NCBI RefSeq assembly: GCF_056746865.1
Contig: NZ_CM163382.1
DNA length: 64,000 nt
Reading direction: 5' to 3' (one strand)
The first letter of the stretch is position 1. The number at the start of each line of letters is the position of its first letter. Position numbers and translations under genes: made by a program. This document shows positions 45,686-58,311 of the stretch, piece after piece. The notes beneath the pieces were generated by a model that did no database searches, was not told the DNA's origin, and saw only the letters and a program-made list of their open reading frames with translations.

Positions 45686-47875
45686 TTAATCAGCTAATGG
45701 CTGCGGGCGACCAATCAAATACCCTTGCAGATATTGCACCCCGAGCTTATGCAATAGCGCCTGCTGCTGTTGCGTCTCGACAAACTCCGCGACCACACTC
45801 AATGACTTCGCTTTCGCCAGATCGGTAATTGATCTCACAATCATCGCATCCAGCGTATTCGTGACGATATCTTTCACAAAGACGCCATCAATTTTGATGA
45901 TATCAGCCTGCAAACGCTTTAACCGTTCGTAGTTGGCATAACCGGTGCCAAAGTCATCAATCGCAATCCGGAAACCAAACTTATGCAGTTGCTCGATGTT
46001 GTACATGCTGCTTTCTGCGTTAGAAAACGCCTGCTCCTCGGTGATCTCAAGAATGACCGCCTGCGGGGAGATGTGATAACGCTTAAACAGACGAATAATC
46101 CGCCCGGCAATATTCTTTTGCAGCAGCGTGAGCGGCATTAAATTGACTGAAAAGCGCGGGCCTTTTTTGTCGCAAGGATGTGTTGCCAGCCACTTCAACA
46201 GGGATTCCAGCACTTGCAAATCAAAACGCGCGCTAAGGTTAAACTGAGCAATAAGGGGCAGAAACTTATCCGGGGTCATAATGCCGCCGTCATATTTCAG
46301 TCGCGCGAGGATCTCATCATAACCTTCACCCTCTTTGTTGCGAATTGGCTGGGCGTAGAGCAGCAAATCACCCTGATCTAACGCCGTGCGAATGGTATTC
46401 AGCAATAGCACCTGTTTAGTGGTCTGCCCGGAAACCATCTCCTCTCTGCTATCCAGCGCCAGCACATGGTGATGTGCGCAGGATTGCTCCGCCAGCCAGC
46501 TTAACTGCCCCAACAAGGGTTGCAGGGTTTCCTGATTTCCATCAAAACGCCCCCAGGCAGCACCATAGCCCATATCCAGCCCGGTATTGTTCCAGTGAAT
46601 TTGCCGACTATTCAGGATGTTAACCATATGCTGGAGTCGCCCTTCCGTTTCCGGTCCACTCAGCACTAACAGCAGTTCACTACCCGGCAATTGATACAAC
46701 TTTTCGTTTTCCTGCATCAACGGCAGCAGCGTACGGTAAATTGAGCGGATACAGTGAACGCGCATCATTAAGCCGTAATGACGACTCATAAACTCAAGAT
46801 TATCAATGCGCAGGCAGCAAAAACTCTTGCCCGCCTCTTGCTCCGGCGCTTGCTCCAACGCACGAAAGTTGGGTAGGAGCGTTAACGGATCGGTCAGCGC
46901 CTGCAAATGCCAGCGGCGATTAAGCCATTCACTGCGATGATAAATGCGCACCATATAGAGCAGGCAAACGCTAAAGGAAATCAGCACCGCGAGAATAAAT
47001 GCCAGCGAATATTCGGTTAGTACCCCTTGCAAAAAGTTCTGGTTGTAATTCAGCAGGCAAAGCGTTGAAACAGCCCAGGTGAGATTTAAAAACGGATAGC
47101 GAAGCTTACCGACACCGAGGGTAAAGATGATAAAGAAAACAGGTACCAGGTAACCGGCAATAAAGTCATTCTCATACGGTGTGCACATCAGAAGTAGCAG
47201 CACGCTAAGAGCTGCCAGCCAGCTTAAGGTAAATGCGCGTTTCTCTTTGCTCAACGACGGAGCGATATCCCTGCGCCACAATATCTGCGCAAAGTGGGGA
47301 CTTACAATCATGCGAGTGAGATAGTAGAAAAGCATGTTGTAAATCAGCACAGCGGTGAAAAGGCTTAGTAAATCAACGACTGTGAAAATGGCATCCGCAT
47401 CGCCGAAAAAGGTGGATATCTTTAGCGGGAAATCAAAAAAGCTCCCCACAAGATACATGCTGCATTTGATGCCGATCGGCGTCACCAAACCAAGCCAGAA
47501 AAGACGTTGCCAGACATATCGGCTGGTCAATCCATAACGCCAACGCGTCCCCAGCTGCCAGCGTAATATTGCGCAGGCACACAACACAACAAACGTCTGG
47601 CTGCCGAGCATGACCGCGGTCTGTAAAAAAGAGAGATGAAAGTTCCACAGATTGGTGCAAAACATCCCGCATAAAACGGGAACGACACCGCGCCAGCCAA
47701 AGATAAACAAGATTGACAGCATTACGCACAGTGGCATCCACGCCAGAAAGATATAACTGGAATGGATAATGGCAAGTGGCGAAATAAAACGGGATAGCTG
47801 AATAAGTACCACGGTGAGCGTAAACGCTAGTGTGAATATCTTGATATTTTTTATCAGGTTATGCTCCACAAACAT
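45686..47875 (-). CDS. pdeA: c-di-GMP phosphodiesterase PdeA (YfeA): MASE1 membrane domain, degenerate GGDEF, EAL
   Basis: 729-aa ORF from MFVEHNLIKN...; multi-TM N-terminus, C-terminal EAL domain. Confidence 0.85.
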   Translation of the reverse strand: MFVEHNLIKNIKIFTLAFTLTVVLIQLSRFISPLAIIHSSYIFLAWMPLCVMLSILFIFGWRGVVPVLCGMFCTNLWNFHLSFLQTAVMLGSQTFVVLCACAILRWQLGTRWRYGLTSRYVWQRLFWLGLVTPIGIKCSMYLVGSFFDFPLKISTFFGDADAIFTVVDLLSLFTAVLIYNMLFYYLTRMIVSPHFAQILWRRDIAPSLSKEKRAFTLSWLAALSVLLLLMCTPYENDFIAGYLVPVFFIIFTLGVGKLRYPFLNLTWAVSTLCLLNYNQNFLQGVLTEYSLAFILAVLISFSVCLLYMVRIYHRSEWLNRRWHLQALTDPLTLLPNFRALEQAPEQEAGKSFCCLRIDNLEFMSRHYGLMMRVHCIRSIYRTLLPLMQENEKLYQLPGSELLLVLSGPETEGRLQHMVNILNSRQIHWNNTGLDMGYGAAWGRFDGNQETLQPLLGQLSWLAEQSCAHHHVLALDSREEMVSGQTTKQVLLLNTIRTALDQGDLLLYAQPIRNKEGEGYDEILARLKYDGGIMTPDKFLPLIAQFNLSARFDLQVLESLLKWLATHPCDKKGPRFSVNLMPLTLLQKNIAGRIIRLFKRYHISPQAVILEITEEQAFSNAESSMYNIEQLHKFGFRIAIDDFGTGYANYERLKRLQADIIKIDGVFVKDIVTNTLDAMIVRSITDLAKAKSLSVVAEFVETQQQQALLHKLGVQYLQGYLIGRPQPLAD

Positions 47876-48082
47876 GAGTACACTACTCTCACTGATCGGG
47901 GTTTTCAGGCACACAAATAATAAGTTTATTCGCATCGCGAAGCAAACAGGGGCCAGCCTGTTGCCGATTTTTCATCCAATGATGCTTTCACCAGGCGGCG
48001 CTAACCCGGACGTAGACTGTATTACAAAAGCGGCAAAAAGCAGAGACAAAAAACCCCCGCTTTGCAGCGAGGGTTGGAAATT

Positions 48083-48158
<76 letters not shown>

Positions 48159-48197
48159 ACGATGCGTTTACGTACCAAATTTGCTGGGTGCAAAATT

Positions 48198-48273
<76 letters not shown>

Positions 48274-48508
48274 GTCACGTAAAGCTTGTCGAGTTGACGG
48301 GCGGCATCATATGAATTCCGCCCGAATGTGTCAACGGCAAATTGCAACGTGTAGTTTCAATCGCTGAAAAATCAGGCAAATGAACAATTTTGGAAAACCG
48401 CTCGCATTCAGTAGTTATTCATGTCACGGTTTCCTGTAAAGTGGTGTTATAAAATGAACTACTAATAGACCCACATACATTCAGGGAATTGTTATGTTCA
48501 AGGAGAGG

Positions 48509-48853
48509 ATGACGCCAGATGAACTTGCCAGACTGACCGGCTATAGCCGCCAGACCATTAATAAATGGGTACGCAAGGAAGGCTGGACAACGTCACCAAA
48601 ACCTGGCGTCCAGGGTGGCAAAGCCCGACTGGTTCACGTCAATGAACAGGTTCGTGAATATATTCGCAATGCTGAACGTCCAGAAGGTCAGGGAGAAGCG
48701 CCTGCCCTGTCTGGTGATGCGCCGCTTGAAGTGTTGCTGGTGACACTGGCGAAAGAGATGACGCCAGTTGAACAAAAACAGTTTACATCCTTGCTTCTGC
48801 GGGAAGGGATTATCGGATTATTACAACGCTTAGGGATTCGCGATAGCAAATAA
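48509..48853 (+). CDS. yfeC: Putative DNA-binding protein YfeC
   Basis: 114-aa ORF from MTPDELARLTGYSRQTINKWVRKEGW (HTH-like); paralogous to downstream yfeD. Confidence 0.8.
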   Translation: MTPDELARLTGYSRQTINKWVRKEGWTTSPKPGVQGGKARLVHVNEQVREYIRNAERPEGQGEAPALSGDAPLEVLLVTLAKEMTPVEQKQFTSLLLREGIIGLLQRLGIRDSK

Positions 48854-48854
48854 T

Positions 48855-49247
48855 ATGAAAAGATTACGCAATAAAATGACCACCGAAGAACTGGCTGAAT
48901 GCCTCGGTGTGGCTAAACAAACTGTTAACCGTTGGATCAGAGAAAAAGGCTGGAAAACGGAAAAATTTCCTGGCGTGAAAGGCGGTCGTGCCAGACTTAT
49001 TCTGGTCGATACGCAAGTTTGCGAGTTTATTCAGAACACGCCAGCCTTCCATAACACGCCGATGCTTCTGGAAGCCGAAGAACCCCTTGCCGAATACGCA
49101 CCGGGGATTCGCACTCCTGCTTATCGGCAAATCATCAGCGCAATAGACAACATGACTCACAGTGAGCAGGAAAAAGTTGCGCAATTTTTGTCACGCGAAG
49201 GAATTCGTAATTTCCTTGCTCGTCTCGACATAGATGAATCAGAATAA
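48855..49247 (+). CDS. yfeD: Putative DNA-binding protein YfeD
   Basis: 130-aa ORF MTTEELAECLGVAKQTVNRWIREKGW, paralogue of yfeC. Confidence 0.8.
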   Translation: MKRLRNKMTTEELAECLGVAKQTVNRWIREKGWKTEKFPGVKGGRARLILVDTQVCEFIQNTPAFHNTPMLLEAEEPLAEYAPGIRTPAYRQIISAIDNMTHSEQEKVAQFLSREGIRNFLARLDIDESE

Positions 49248-49254
49248 ATAAAAA

Positions 49255-49280
49255 ACGGCAGGGGTATCTCTCCTGCCGTT
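49255..49280. terminator. Bidirectional terminator between yfeD and gltX
   Basis: ACGGCAGG-ggtatctctc-CTGCCGT with flanking A/T runs. Confidence 0.55.
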
Positions 49281-49297
49281 TATCTTTTATGCGCTAA

Positions 49298-50713
49298 TTA
49301 CTGCTGATTTTCGCGTTCAGCAATAAAAGCCAGCGCTTTGTTGATACGCTCGATACTGCGGGTCTTACCGATTGCGTGAACGGTAACATCCAGCGCCGGA
49401 GACTGCCCCGCACCGGTAACGGCGACACGCAGCGGCATACCAACTTTACCCATACCCACTTCCAGCTCATCCGCCGTCGCCTGAATAGCGTGATGAACGT
49501 TTTCAGCTGTCCAGTCAGTAATCGCGGCCAGTTTGTCACGAACCACTTCCAGCGGCTGACGCGCTACCGGACGCAGATGTTTTTTCGCGGCGTCGGCATC
49601 GAACTCAGCAAAATCTTCGTAGAAATAACGGCAGCTCTGTGCCATCTCTTTCAGCGTCTTGCAGCGTTCACCCAGTAGTTTCACCAGATCAGCCAGCTGC
49701 GGGCCGTTACGGGTATCGATATTTTCCTGCTCAATGTGCCACTGTAAGTGAGTAGCAACATACTCCGGCGGTAGCGCGTTAATGTAGTGATGGTTCAGCC
49801 ATAGCAGCTTGTCGGTGTTGAACGCACTGGCAGATTTGCTGACGGCATTCAGGGTGAAGTATTTGATCATCTCTTCACGAGTGAAGATTTCCTGATCGCC
49901 GTGGGACCAGCCCAGACGCACCAGATAGTTCAGCAGTGCTTCTGGCAGATAACCATCATCACGATACTGCATTACGCTGACCGCCCCGTGACGTTTGGAC
50001 AGTTTTTTACCGTCATCGCCGTTGATCATAGAAACGTGCGCGTAAACCGGTACCGGCGCTTTCAGTGCTTTAAGAATGTTGATCTGGCGTGGCGTGTTGT
50101 TGATATGGTCTTCGCCACGGATAACGTGGGTGATTTCCATATCCCAGTCATCGACAACCACACAGAAGTTATAGGTTGGAGAACCATCGGTACGACGGAT
50201 AATCAGATCATCCAGCTCCTGGTTGCTGAATTCGATCGGACCACGGATCTGATCGTCAAAAACAACAGAACCTTCCTGCGGGTTAGCAAAACGTACAACA
50301 CACGGTTCATCATCAGCATGATGCTCATGGCTGTGGCGGCAGCGACCGTCATAACGCGGCTTCTCACCTTTCGCCATTTGCTCTTCGCGCAGCGCTTCCA
50401 GGCGCTCTTTAGAGCAATAGCATTTATAAGCTGTGCCCTCTTCCAGCATCTGATCGATCACCGCGTTGTAGCGATCAAAACGTTTGGTCTGGTAGTACGG
50501 ACCTTCATCCCACTCCAGGTTCAGCCAGTTCATGCCATCCATAATGGCTTCGATAGCTTCCGGCGTGGAACGCTCAAGATCGGTGTCTTCAATACGCAGC
50601 ACGAACTCACCGCCGTGGTTACGTGCAAAAAGCCAGGAGTAAAGAGCAGTACGCGCGCCGCCAACGTGCAGATAGCCTGTTGGGCTTGGCGCGAAGCGAG
50701 TTTTGATTTTCAT
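49298..50713 (-). CDS. gltX: Glutamyl-tRNA synthetase
   Basis: 471-aa class I aaRS ORF with [12 protein letters not shown] (HIGH-type) and KLSKRHG (KMSKS-type) motifs. Confidence 0.95.
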   Translation of the reverse strand: MKIKTRFAPSPTGYLHVGGARTALYSWLFARNHGGEFVLRIEDTDLERSTPEAIEAIMDGMNWLNLEWDEGPYYQTKRFDRYNAVIDQMLEEGTAYKCYCSKERLEALREEQMAKGEKPRYDGRCRHSHEHHADDEPCVVRFANPQEGSVVFDDQIRGPIEFSNQELDDLIIRRTDGSPTYNFCVVVDDWDMEITHVIRGEDHINNTPRQINILKALKAPVPVYAHVSMINGDDGKKLSKRHGAVSVMQYRDDGYLPEALLNYLVRLGWSHGDQEIFTREEMIKYFTLNAVSKSASAFNTDKLLWLNHHYINALPPEYVATHLQWHIEQENIDTRNGPQLADLVKLLGERCKTLKEMAQSCRYFYEDFAEFDADAAKKHLRPVARQPLEVVRDKLAAITDWTAENVHHAIQATADELEVGMGKVGMPLRVAVTGAGQSPALDVTVHAIGKTRSIERINKALAFIAERENQQ

Positions 50714-50926
50714 GAAATGGCCTTACGTTTAGAAAGATGCCGACAACCGGCAAATCCTGGAAAAATTGAGTGGGCGATATTCTATCACTCCCGCCTGATT
50801 CCTCAATGTAGTTCGGGTTGCAACCTTACGCATTATTGTTTTCGTTGACAAATTGCGCAACACGGTCTGTTTTGCGATCATCTTGCTTAAATTTACGACG
50901 AACGAACAATTTCTTTAGAAAATGCG

Positions 50927-50954
50927 TTGACTCATTTTGAACTCTCCCTATAAT
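50927..50954 (+). promoter_or_regulatory. Sigma-70 promoter of the valU-valX-valY-lysV tRNA operon
   Basis: TTGACT (50927-50932), 16-bp spacer, TATAAT (50949-50954), 17 bp upstream of the first tRNA. Confidence 0.7.
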
Positions 50955-50971
50955 GCGACTCCACACAGCGG

Positions 50972-51047
50972 GGGTGATTAGCTCAGCTGGGAGAGCACCT
51001 CCCTTACAAGGAGGGGGTCGGCGGTTCGATCCCGTCATCACCCACCA
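50972..51047 (+). tRNA. valU: tRNA-Val (UAC)
   Basis: GGGTGATTAGCTCAGCTGGGAGAGCACCTCCCTTACAAGGAGGGGGTCGGCGGTTCGATCCCGTCATCACCCACCA. Confidence 0.9.
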
Positions 51048-51091
51048 ACTACTTTATGTAGTCTCCGCCGTGTAGCAAGAAATTGAGAAGT

Positions 51092-51167
51092 GGGTGATTA
51101 GCTCAGCTGGGAGAGCACCTCCCTTACAAGGAGGGGGTCGGCGGTTCGATCCCGTCATCACCCACCA
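51092..51167 (+). tRNA. valX: tRNA-Val (UAC)
   Basis: Identical second copy. Confidence 0.9.
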
Positions 51168-51213
51168 CTTTCTCGCCAGCTAAATTTCTTGTAAAAATGT
51201 GAAGTACCGAAGT

Positions 51214-51289
51214 GGGTGATTAGCTCAGCTGGGAGAGCACCTCCCTTACAAGGAGGGGGTCGGCGGTTCGATCCCGTCATCACCCACCA
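51214..51289 (+). tRNA. valY: tRNA-Val (UAC)
   Basis: Identical third copy. Confidence 0.9.
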
Positions 51290-51293
51290 CTTC

Positions 51294-51369
51294 GGGTCGT
51301 TAGCTCAGTTGGTAGAGCAGTTGACTTTTAATCAATTGGTCGCAGGTTCGAATCCTGCACGACCCACCA
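51294..51369 (+). tRNA. lysV: tRNA-Lys (UUU)
   Basis: GGGTCGTTAGCTCAGTTGGTAGAGCAGTTGACTTTTAATCAATTGGTCGCAGGTTCGAATCCTGCACGACCCACCA. Confidence 0.9.
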
Positions 51370-51374
51370 ATGTA

Positions 51375-51400
51375 AAAAAGCGCCCTAAAGGCGCTTTTTT
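51375..51400 (+). terminator. Rho-independent terminator of the tRNA operon
   Basis: AAAAAAGCGCC-ctaaa-GGCGCTTTTTT. Confidence 0.75.
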
Positions 51401-51488
51401 GCTATATGCGGTTTGTAAGATTGATTTTTCTTCTCAAGTTCCTTGTTCTTCTGCCGATATTACCTCGTACAGTGACGAGGACTGAACA

Positions 51489-51830
51489 ATGGCCACTATC
51501 TCTCCAACTTCAATTCCTTCCATACAAACACAGAGTAGTAACAGGGCATCAGAAGGTAGCGATGTTGCTTCACAAATTGCGCGGATAAGTCAGCAAATCA
51601 TCAAACTCACTCAACAAATTAAAGAGATTGCAGACACTAGCGGCAGTGCTGAAGACAAGCAAAAACAGGCCGAATTGATTCAGCAGCAAATCACCCTACT
51701 GGAAACACAACTGGCGCAGTTGCAAAGACAGCAGGCAGAAAAAGCGCAGGAGAAAGAGCAGCGTTTGTCTCTGAATGCATCCCTTCCAAATCCTGTTGAA
51801 AAAACGACTCAGATCGATATCTATATCTGA
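51489..51830 (+). CDS. Hypothetical 113-aa coiled-coil protein (possibly FlxA-like); absent from K-12 at this position
   Basis: ORF with GAGGA Shine-Dalgarno 9 bp upstream; Ser/Thr-rich N-terminus then Q/E/K-rich heptad-like segment ([15 protein letters not shown]...[22 protein letters not shown]); overlaps the yfeR 3' end by 10 bp. Confidence 0.5.
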   Translation: MATISPTSIPSIQTQSSNRASEGSDVASQIARISQQIIKLTQQIKEIADTSGSAEDKQKQAELIQQQITLLETQLAQLQRQQAEKAQEKEQRLSLNASLPNPVEKTTQIDIYI

Positions 51831-52747
51831 TACAGCGGATCCCCTTCCCGCCCAGCCATTAGAGCACGGCCCTGGCCTCGTACCACGTCCCATAACGCTT
51901 GTGCGGCGGTGGAAAGTGAACGGTTCTTCCTGCGCACCAGCATCAACTGGCGTTCCACCACCGGCGTAATGCGCTTTACCACCAGCGGGCTACCTTCAGG
52001 TAACGGCAGCGCCAGTGCGGGAAGAATACTAATGCCGATGCCTGCGGCTACCATCGGGAACAGCGTCGCCGGATGTCCAATCTCCTGCACAATATTCGCC
52101 TGAATACCATTGCGCGCCAGCGCTGCGTCAATCAGCGGTCGGCTGCCTGACGCGTAATCCTGCAACACCAATTTCGCTCCCTGTAATGCCTGCCAGGGTA
52201 CATAATCTTCCGCGGCCAAAGCGCTATCGCGATGGCAAAGCAAGAAGAAAGGCTCGGAAAGAATCGCTTCACATTGCAGATCGCCCACTGGGCCTGGATC
52301 GATGACGATGCCAAAATCGACATCTCCCTGGCGAATACTTTCCATCACCCACTGCTGCGGACGATCGTGCAGGATAAACTGAATATCTGGATAGCGGCGA
52401 TGGCTTTCAGCAATGCATTGCGGAATAAGATGCGCGGAAATGGTCTGGCTGGCAGCGACCCGAACTTTTCCGCTCAGTTGTTGCCCCATACGCCCGGTAT
52501 CGCGCAACGTGCTGTTAAGTTCATCCAGCAGTCGCTCAAGACGCAAAGCCAACTGCTGCCCTGCATCTGTAAGCACCACTTCACGCGTGGTTCTGTCCAG
52601 CAGGCGAACACCAGTATGATTTTCCAGCTCCTTCACACTGTGACTTACTGCCGACTGACTCAGGCCGATACGCTCTCCTGCACGACTAAAACTTTTCTCC
52701 TGCGCTACTGTGACGAAAACCTTTAATTGTTTTAAAGAATAATTCAT
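51821..52747 (-). CDS. yfeR: LysR-family transcriptional regulator YfeR
   Basis: 308-aa ORF with N-terminal LysR HTH ([42 protein letters not shown]); divergent from yfeH. Confidence 0.85.
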   Translation of the reverse strand: MNYSLKQLKVFVTVAQEKSFSRAGERIGLSQSAVSHSVKELENHTGVRLLDRTTREVVLTDAGQQLALRLERLLDELNSTLRDTGRMGQQLSGKVRVAASQTISAHLIPQCIAESHRRYPDIQFILHDRPQQWVMESIRQGDVDFGIVIDPGPVGDLQCEAILSEPFFLLCHRDSALAAEDYVPWQALQGAKLVLQDYASGSRPLIDAALARNGIQANIVQEIGHPATLFPMVAAGIGISILPALALPLPEGSPLVVKRITPVVERQLMLVRRKNRSLSTAAQALWDVVRGQGRALMAGREGDPLYQI

Positions 52748-52836
52748 CTGTTTTATTCATGAATGGATGCAATAAATCAATTTTATTTCTCAAACTGGAA
52801 GAAGCACAATAGAACCATCGATCATCTGGAGTCTTT

Positions 52837-53835
52837 ATGAAACTTTTTCGTATCCTCGATCCTTTCACCTTAACCCTGATCACGGTGGTGTTGCTGGCCT
52901 CTTTCTTTCCGGCCAGAGGCGATTTCGTCCCCTTCTTTGAAAATCTGACCACTGCAGCTATTGCCCTGCTGTTCTTTATGCACGGCGCGAAGTTGTCGCG
53001 TGAGGCGATTATTGCTGGCGGTGGGCACTGGCGACTGCATTTGTGGGTAATGTGCAGCACCTTCGTATTGTTTCCGATTCTGGGCGTGCTGTTTGCCTGG
53101 TGGAAACCGGTAAATGTCGACCCGATGCTCTACTCCGGTTTTCTCTACTTGTGCATTCTCCCCGCTACCGTGCAGTCTGCAATCGCCTTTACTTCAATGG
53201 CGGGCGGTAACGTCGCGGCAGCGGTTTGTTCTGCGTCAGCATCCAGCCTGTTGGGGATTTTCCTTTCACCATTGCTGGTTGGTCTGGTGATGAATGTTCA
53301 CGGTGCAGGGGGCAGCCTTGAGCAGGTCGGTAAAATTATGCTGCAACTGCTGCTGCCGTTTGTGTTGGGGCATCTTTCCCGGCCGTGGATTGGTGACTGG
53401 GTGTCGCGCAATAAAAAATGGATTGCGAAAACTGACCAGACGTCCATTCTGTTGGTGGTTTATACAGCGTTCAGCGAAGCCGTCGTTAATGGTATCTGGC
53501 ATAAAGTTGGCTGGGGATCATTGCTGTTTATCGTGGTGGTCAGCTGCGTTCTTCTGGCTATCGTGATCGTAGTTAACGTCTTTATGGCACGCCGACTGGG
53601 CTTCAATAAGGCAGATGAAATTACTATCGTCTTTTGTGGTTCGAAAAAGAGTCTGGCAAATGGCATCCCGATGGCAAACATTCTTTTCCCCACATCGGTG
53701 ATCGGTATGATGGTGCTGCCTCTGATGATTTTCCATCAGATCCAATTGATGGTCTGTGCGGTGCTGGCGCGTCGATACAAACACCAGACCGAACAGTTAC
53801 AGGCGCAGCAGGAAAGCCGCGCCAATAAAGCTTAA
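52837..53835 (+). CDS. yfeH: Putative bile acid:sodium symporter family transporter YfeH
   Basis: 332-aa polytopic membrane ORF. Confidence 0.85.
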   Translation: MKLFRILDPFTLTLITVVLLASFFPARGDFVPFFENLTTAAIALLFFMHGAKLSREAIIAGGGHWRLHLWVMCSTFVLFPILGVLFAWWKPVNVDPMLYSGFLYLCILPATVQSAIAFTSMAGGNVAAAVCSASASSLLGIFLSPLLVGLVMNVHGAGGSLEQVGKIMLQLLLPFVLGHLSRPWIGDWVSRNKKWIAKTDQTSILLVVYTAFSEAVVNGIWHKVGWGSLLFIVVVSCVLLAIVIVVNVFMARRLGFNKADEITIVFCGSKKSLANGIPMANILFPTSVIGMMVLPLMIFHQIQLMVCAVLARRYKHQTEQLQAQQESRANKA

Positions 53836-54050
53836 AGAGGACGCTTCAGGGGCTGGACCAGTTGCGTCAGCCCCTCAGTTTTAATCAGCAGCGTGATTTG
53901 CATTAGCTCACCGAGCTTCCCTGCCGGGAACTCATCTTTGCGGGCAAACCACAGAAGATACTCCTCCGGCAGGTCGATTAAGCGACGCCCTTTGTATTTG
54001 CCAAACGGCATTATCGTATTGGCTATTTCAATCAGCTGCTCTTTTTCCAT
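53832..54050 (-). CDS. ypeB: DUF3820-family small protein YpeB
   Basis: 72-aa ORF from MEKEQLIEIANTIMPFGKYKGRRLIDLPEEYL immediately downstream of ligA. Confidence 0.7.
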   Translation of the reverse strand: MEKEQLIEIANTIMPFGKYKGRRLIDLPEEYLLWFARKDEFPAGKLGELMQITLLIKTEGLTQLVQPLKRPL

Positions 54051-54051
54051 C

Positions 54052-56076
<2,025 letters not shown>

Positions 56077-56137
56077 TCAATGCTAAAAACCCCCGACAAG
56101 CGGGGGTTCGAAGAGGAGTTAATTTGCCTTAAGTGTA

Positions 56138-57136
56138 TCAGGCGTTGGCGTCTTTGACTTCGCGGATGATGTCCTGGTACTCGCGCAATTTCTGCGGAGT
56201 CATCATACGGCGCTGATCGTCAAGAACAACACCGCCCACTTCATCGGCAATATGCTGCGCAGATTGCAGCATCAGCTTGAAGTTCTGCAGCTCGTCACCG
56301 TAAGACGGTACCTGCATAAAGATAGTGACACCCGGAGTAGTGAAATCCTTCATTTCAGGATCAAAGGTTCCCGGTTTCACCATATTCGCCAGGCTGAATA
56401 ACGCCGGGCCGCTGCCATCCGGGCTAAGATGACGATGGTAAATATTCATATCGCCAAAAATGAAGCCCGCTTGTTGAATGCTGTTAAGAAGCAGTTCACC
56501 GTTTAGCTCGCTACCGTGATGCGCCGCGACGTTCATGATAATCACCGCTTCTTTGCGCTTCGGTTTATCCATAACTGGAGCCGGTTCCGCTACAGGCTCA
56601 GGCTGTGGTGCCGCTACAGGCTCTGCAGGCTGGAAAGCCTGTTGTGCCGGTTGCGGTGCTGAATGCACTGGCTGCGGCGCTGATGCGACCTTTGGCGAAA
56701 CTGGCTGCTGCAACGGCTGTTCAGGCTGCGGCTGATAGGCAGGCTGCTGCACGGGTTGCTGCACCGGCTGCGCTGGACGCGGAGCATGTTGCGGCGGTAC
56801 CTGCGCTTCAGGCGGCGGCTGGACCGGTTGACGCGGCTGCGCAGACGCATAAGGCGGTTGGTACTGGTGTTGCGGCGACGGACGAGCAGCCTCATGCTCC
56901 TGGGCGTTAGCCGGGGCATGATTCACGCGGTGAACACGAACCTCACCAACGCCCTCATCATCTTCGACATCCTCGTCATAAGAATCGTCGTCACGTTTTG
57001 ACTTCATTCGTTTTAGTGGCCGATCGCGGAACATAGAAGATCGTTCTTTACGGCTGGTCCAGAAACCATGTACCAGTAAAGCGATTATGGCGATCGCGCC
57101 AACAATGATTAATATCAGACGCAAATCCTGCATCAT
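56138..57136 (-). CDS. zipA: Cell division protein ZipA (FtsZ membrane anchor)
   Basis: N-terminal TM ([22 protein letters not shown]), long P/Q-rich linker, C-terminal FtsZ-binding domain; about 332 aa here. Confidence 0.9.
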   Translation of the reverse strand: MMQDLRLILIIVGAIAIIALLVHGFWTSRKERSSMFRDRPLKRMKSKRDDDSYDEDVEDDEGVGEVRVHRVNHAPANAQEHEAARPSPQHQYQPPYASAQPRQPVQPPPEAQVPPQHAPRPAQPVQQPVQQPAYQPQPEQPLQQPVSPKVASAPQPVHSAPQPAQQAFQPAEPVAAPQPEPVAEPAPVMDKPKRKEAVIIMNVAAHHGSELNGELLLNSIQQAGFIFGDMNIYHRHLSPDGSGPALFSLANMVKPGTFDPEMKDFTTPGVTIFMQVPSYGDELQNFKLMLQSAQHIADEVGGVVLDDQRRMMTPQKLREYQDIIREVKDANA

Positions 57137-57365
57137 TATATTCTCTGTTGTTCTAACACCTTGCCACCACGGCAAACATTTACTCACTAAGAGTATTTGC
57201 CGATTACCTCAAGTGCAAGTGCACTATTAACTTTCACAGCACAAAGATAGATGAAATCGTGCTTTTTGCTGTTTTTTCGAACATATCCTAACTGTCCATT
57301 GCGCAATTACCCGGTAAAATACGCAGAATTTTCCTGGGATTGGTCAAAAGGAGCTCATCCTGATT

Positions 57366-58127
57366 ATGGTTTCATCATTCACATCTGCCCCACGCAGCGG
57401 TTTTTACTATTTTGCGCAAGGCTGGAAGCTCGTCTCGCAACCTGGGATTCGGCGTTTCGTTATTTTACCGCTGCTGGTCAATATTTTGTTGATGGGGGGC
57501 GCATTCTGGTGGCTCTTTACGCAACTCGATGTCTGGATCCCGACTCTCATGAGTTATGTTCCGGACTGGTTACAATGGCTGAGCTATCTGTTGTGGCCTC
57601 TGGCAGTCATCTCCGTGCTGTTAGTGTTTGGCTATTTCTTCTCAACGATTGCTAACTGGATTGCCGCTCCGTTTAACGGTTTATTGGCTGAACAACTGGA
57701 AGCACGATTGACTGGCGCTACACCGCCAGATACCGGGATTTTCGGTATCATGAAAGATGTGCCGCGAATCATGAAACGCGAATGGCAAAAATTTGCCTGG
57801 TATCTGCCGCGCGCAATTGTATTACTAATTCTTTACTTCATCCCTGGTATTGGGCAAACCGTCGCGCCGGTACTGTGGTTCCTGTTTAGCGCCTGGATGT
57901 TAGCCATCCAGTATTGCGATTACCCCTTCGATAACCACAAAGTGCCGTTTAAAGAGATGCGCACCGCCCTGCGCACACGCAAAATCACCAATATGCAGTT
58001 TGGTGCTTTAACCAGCCTGTTTACGATGATCCCGCTGCTTAATCTGTTCATCATGCCCGTTGCCGTTTGTGGTGCGACGGCGATGTGGGTCGATTGCTAT
58101 CGCGATAAACACGCGATGTGGCGGTAA
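57366..58127 (+). CDS. cysZ: Sulfate transporter CysZ
   Basis: 253-aa membrane ORF upstream of cysK. Confidence 0.9.
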
Positions 58128-58311
58128 CAATCTACCGGTTATTTTGTAAACCGCTTGTGTGAAACAGGGGTGGCTTATGCCGCCCCTTATTCCATCTTGC
58201 ATGTCATTATTTCCCTTCTGCATATAGATATGCTAAATCCTTACTTCCGCATATTCTCTGAGCGGGTATGCTAGCTGTTGTATCCCAATTTCATACAGTT
58301 AAGGACAGGCC

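Noticed and set aside
50972-51289. Three near-identical 76-bp units with ~45-bp unique spacers, superficially array-like
   Set aside because: The repeats are complete tRNA-Val genes with cloverleaf structure and a shared promoter and terminator; no cas genes; not a CRISPR array.
56535-57001. Several overlapping 66-101 aa ORFs in three frames
   Set aside because: All fall in the repetitive GC-rich zipA linker region; artefacts of low-complexity sequence.
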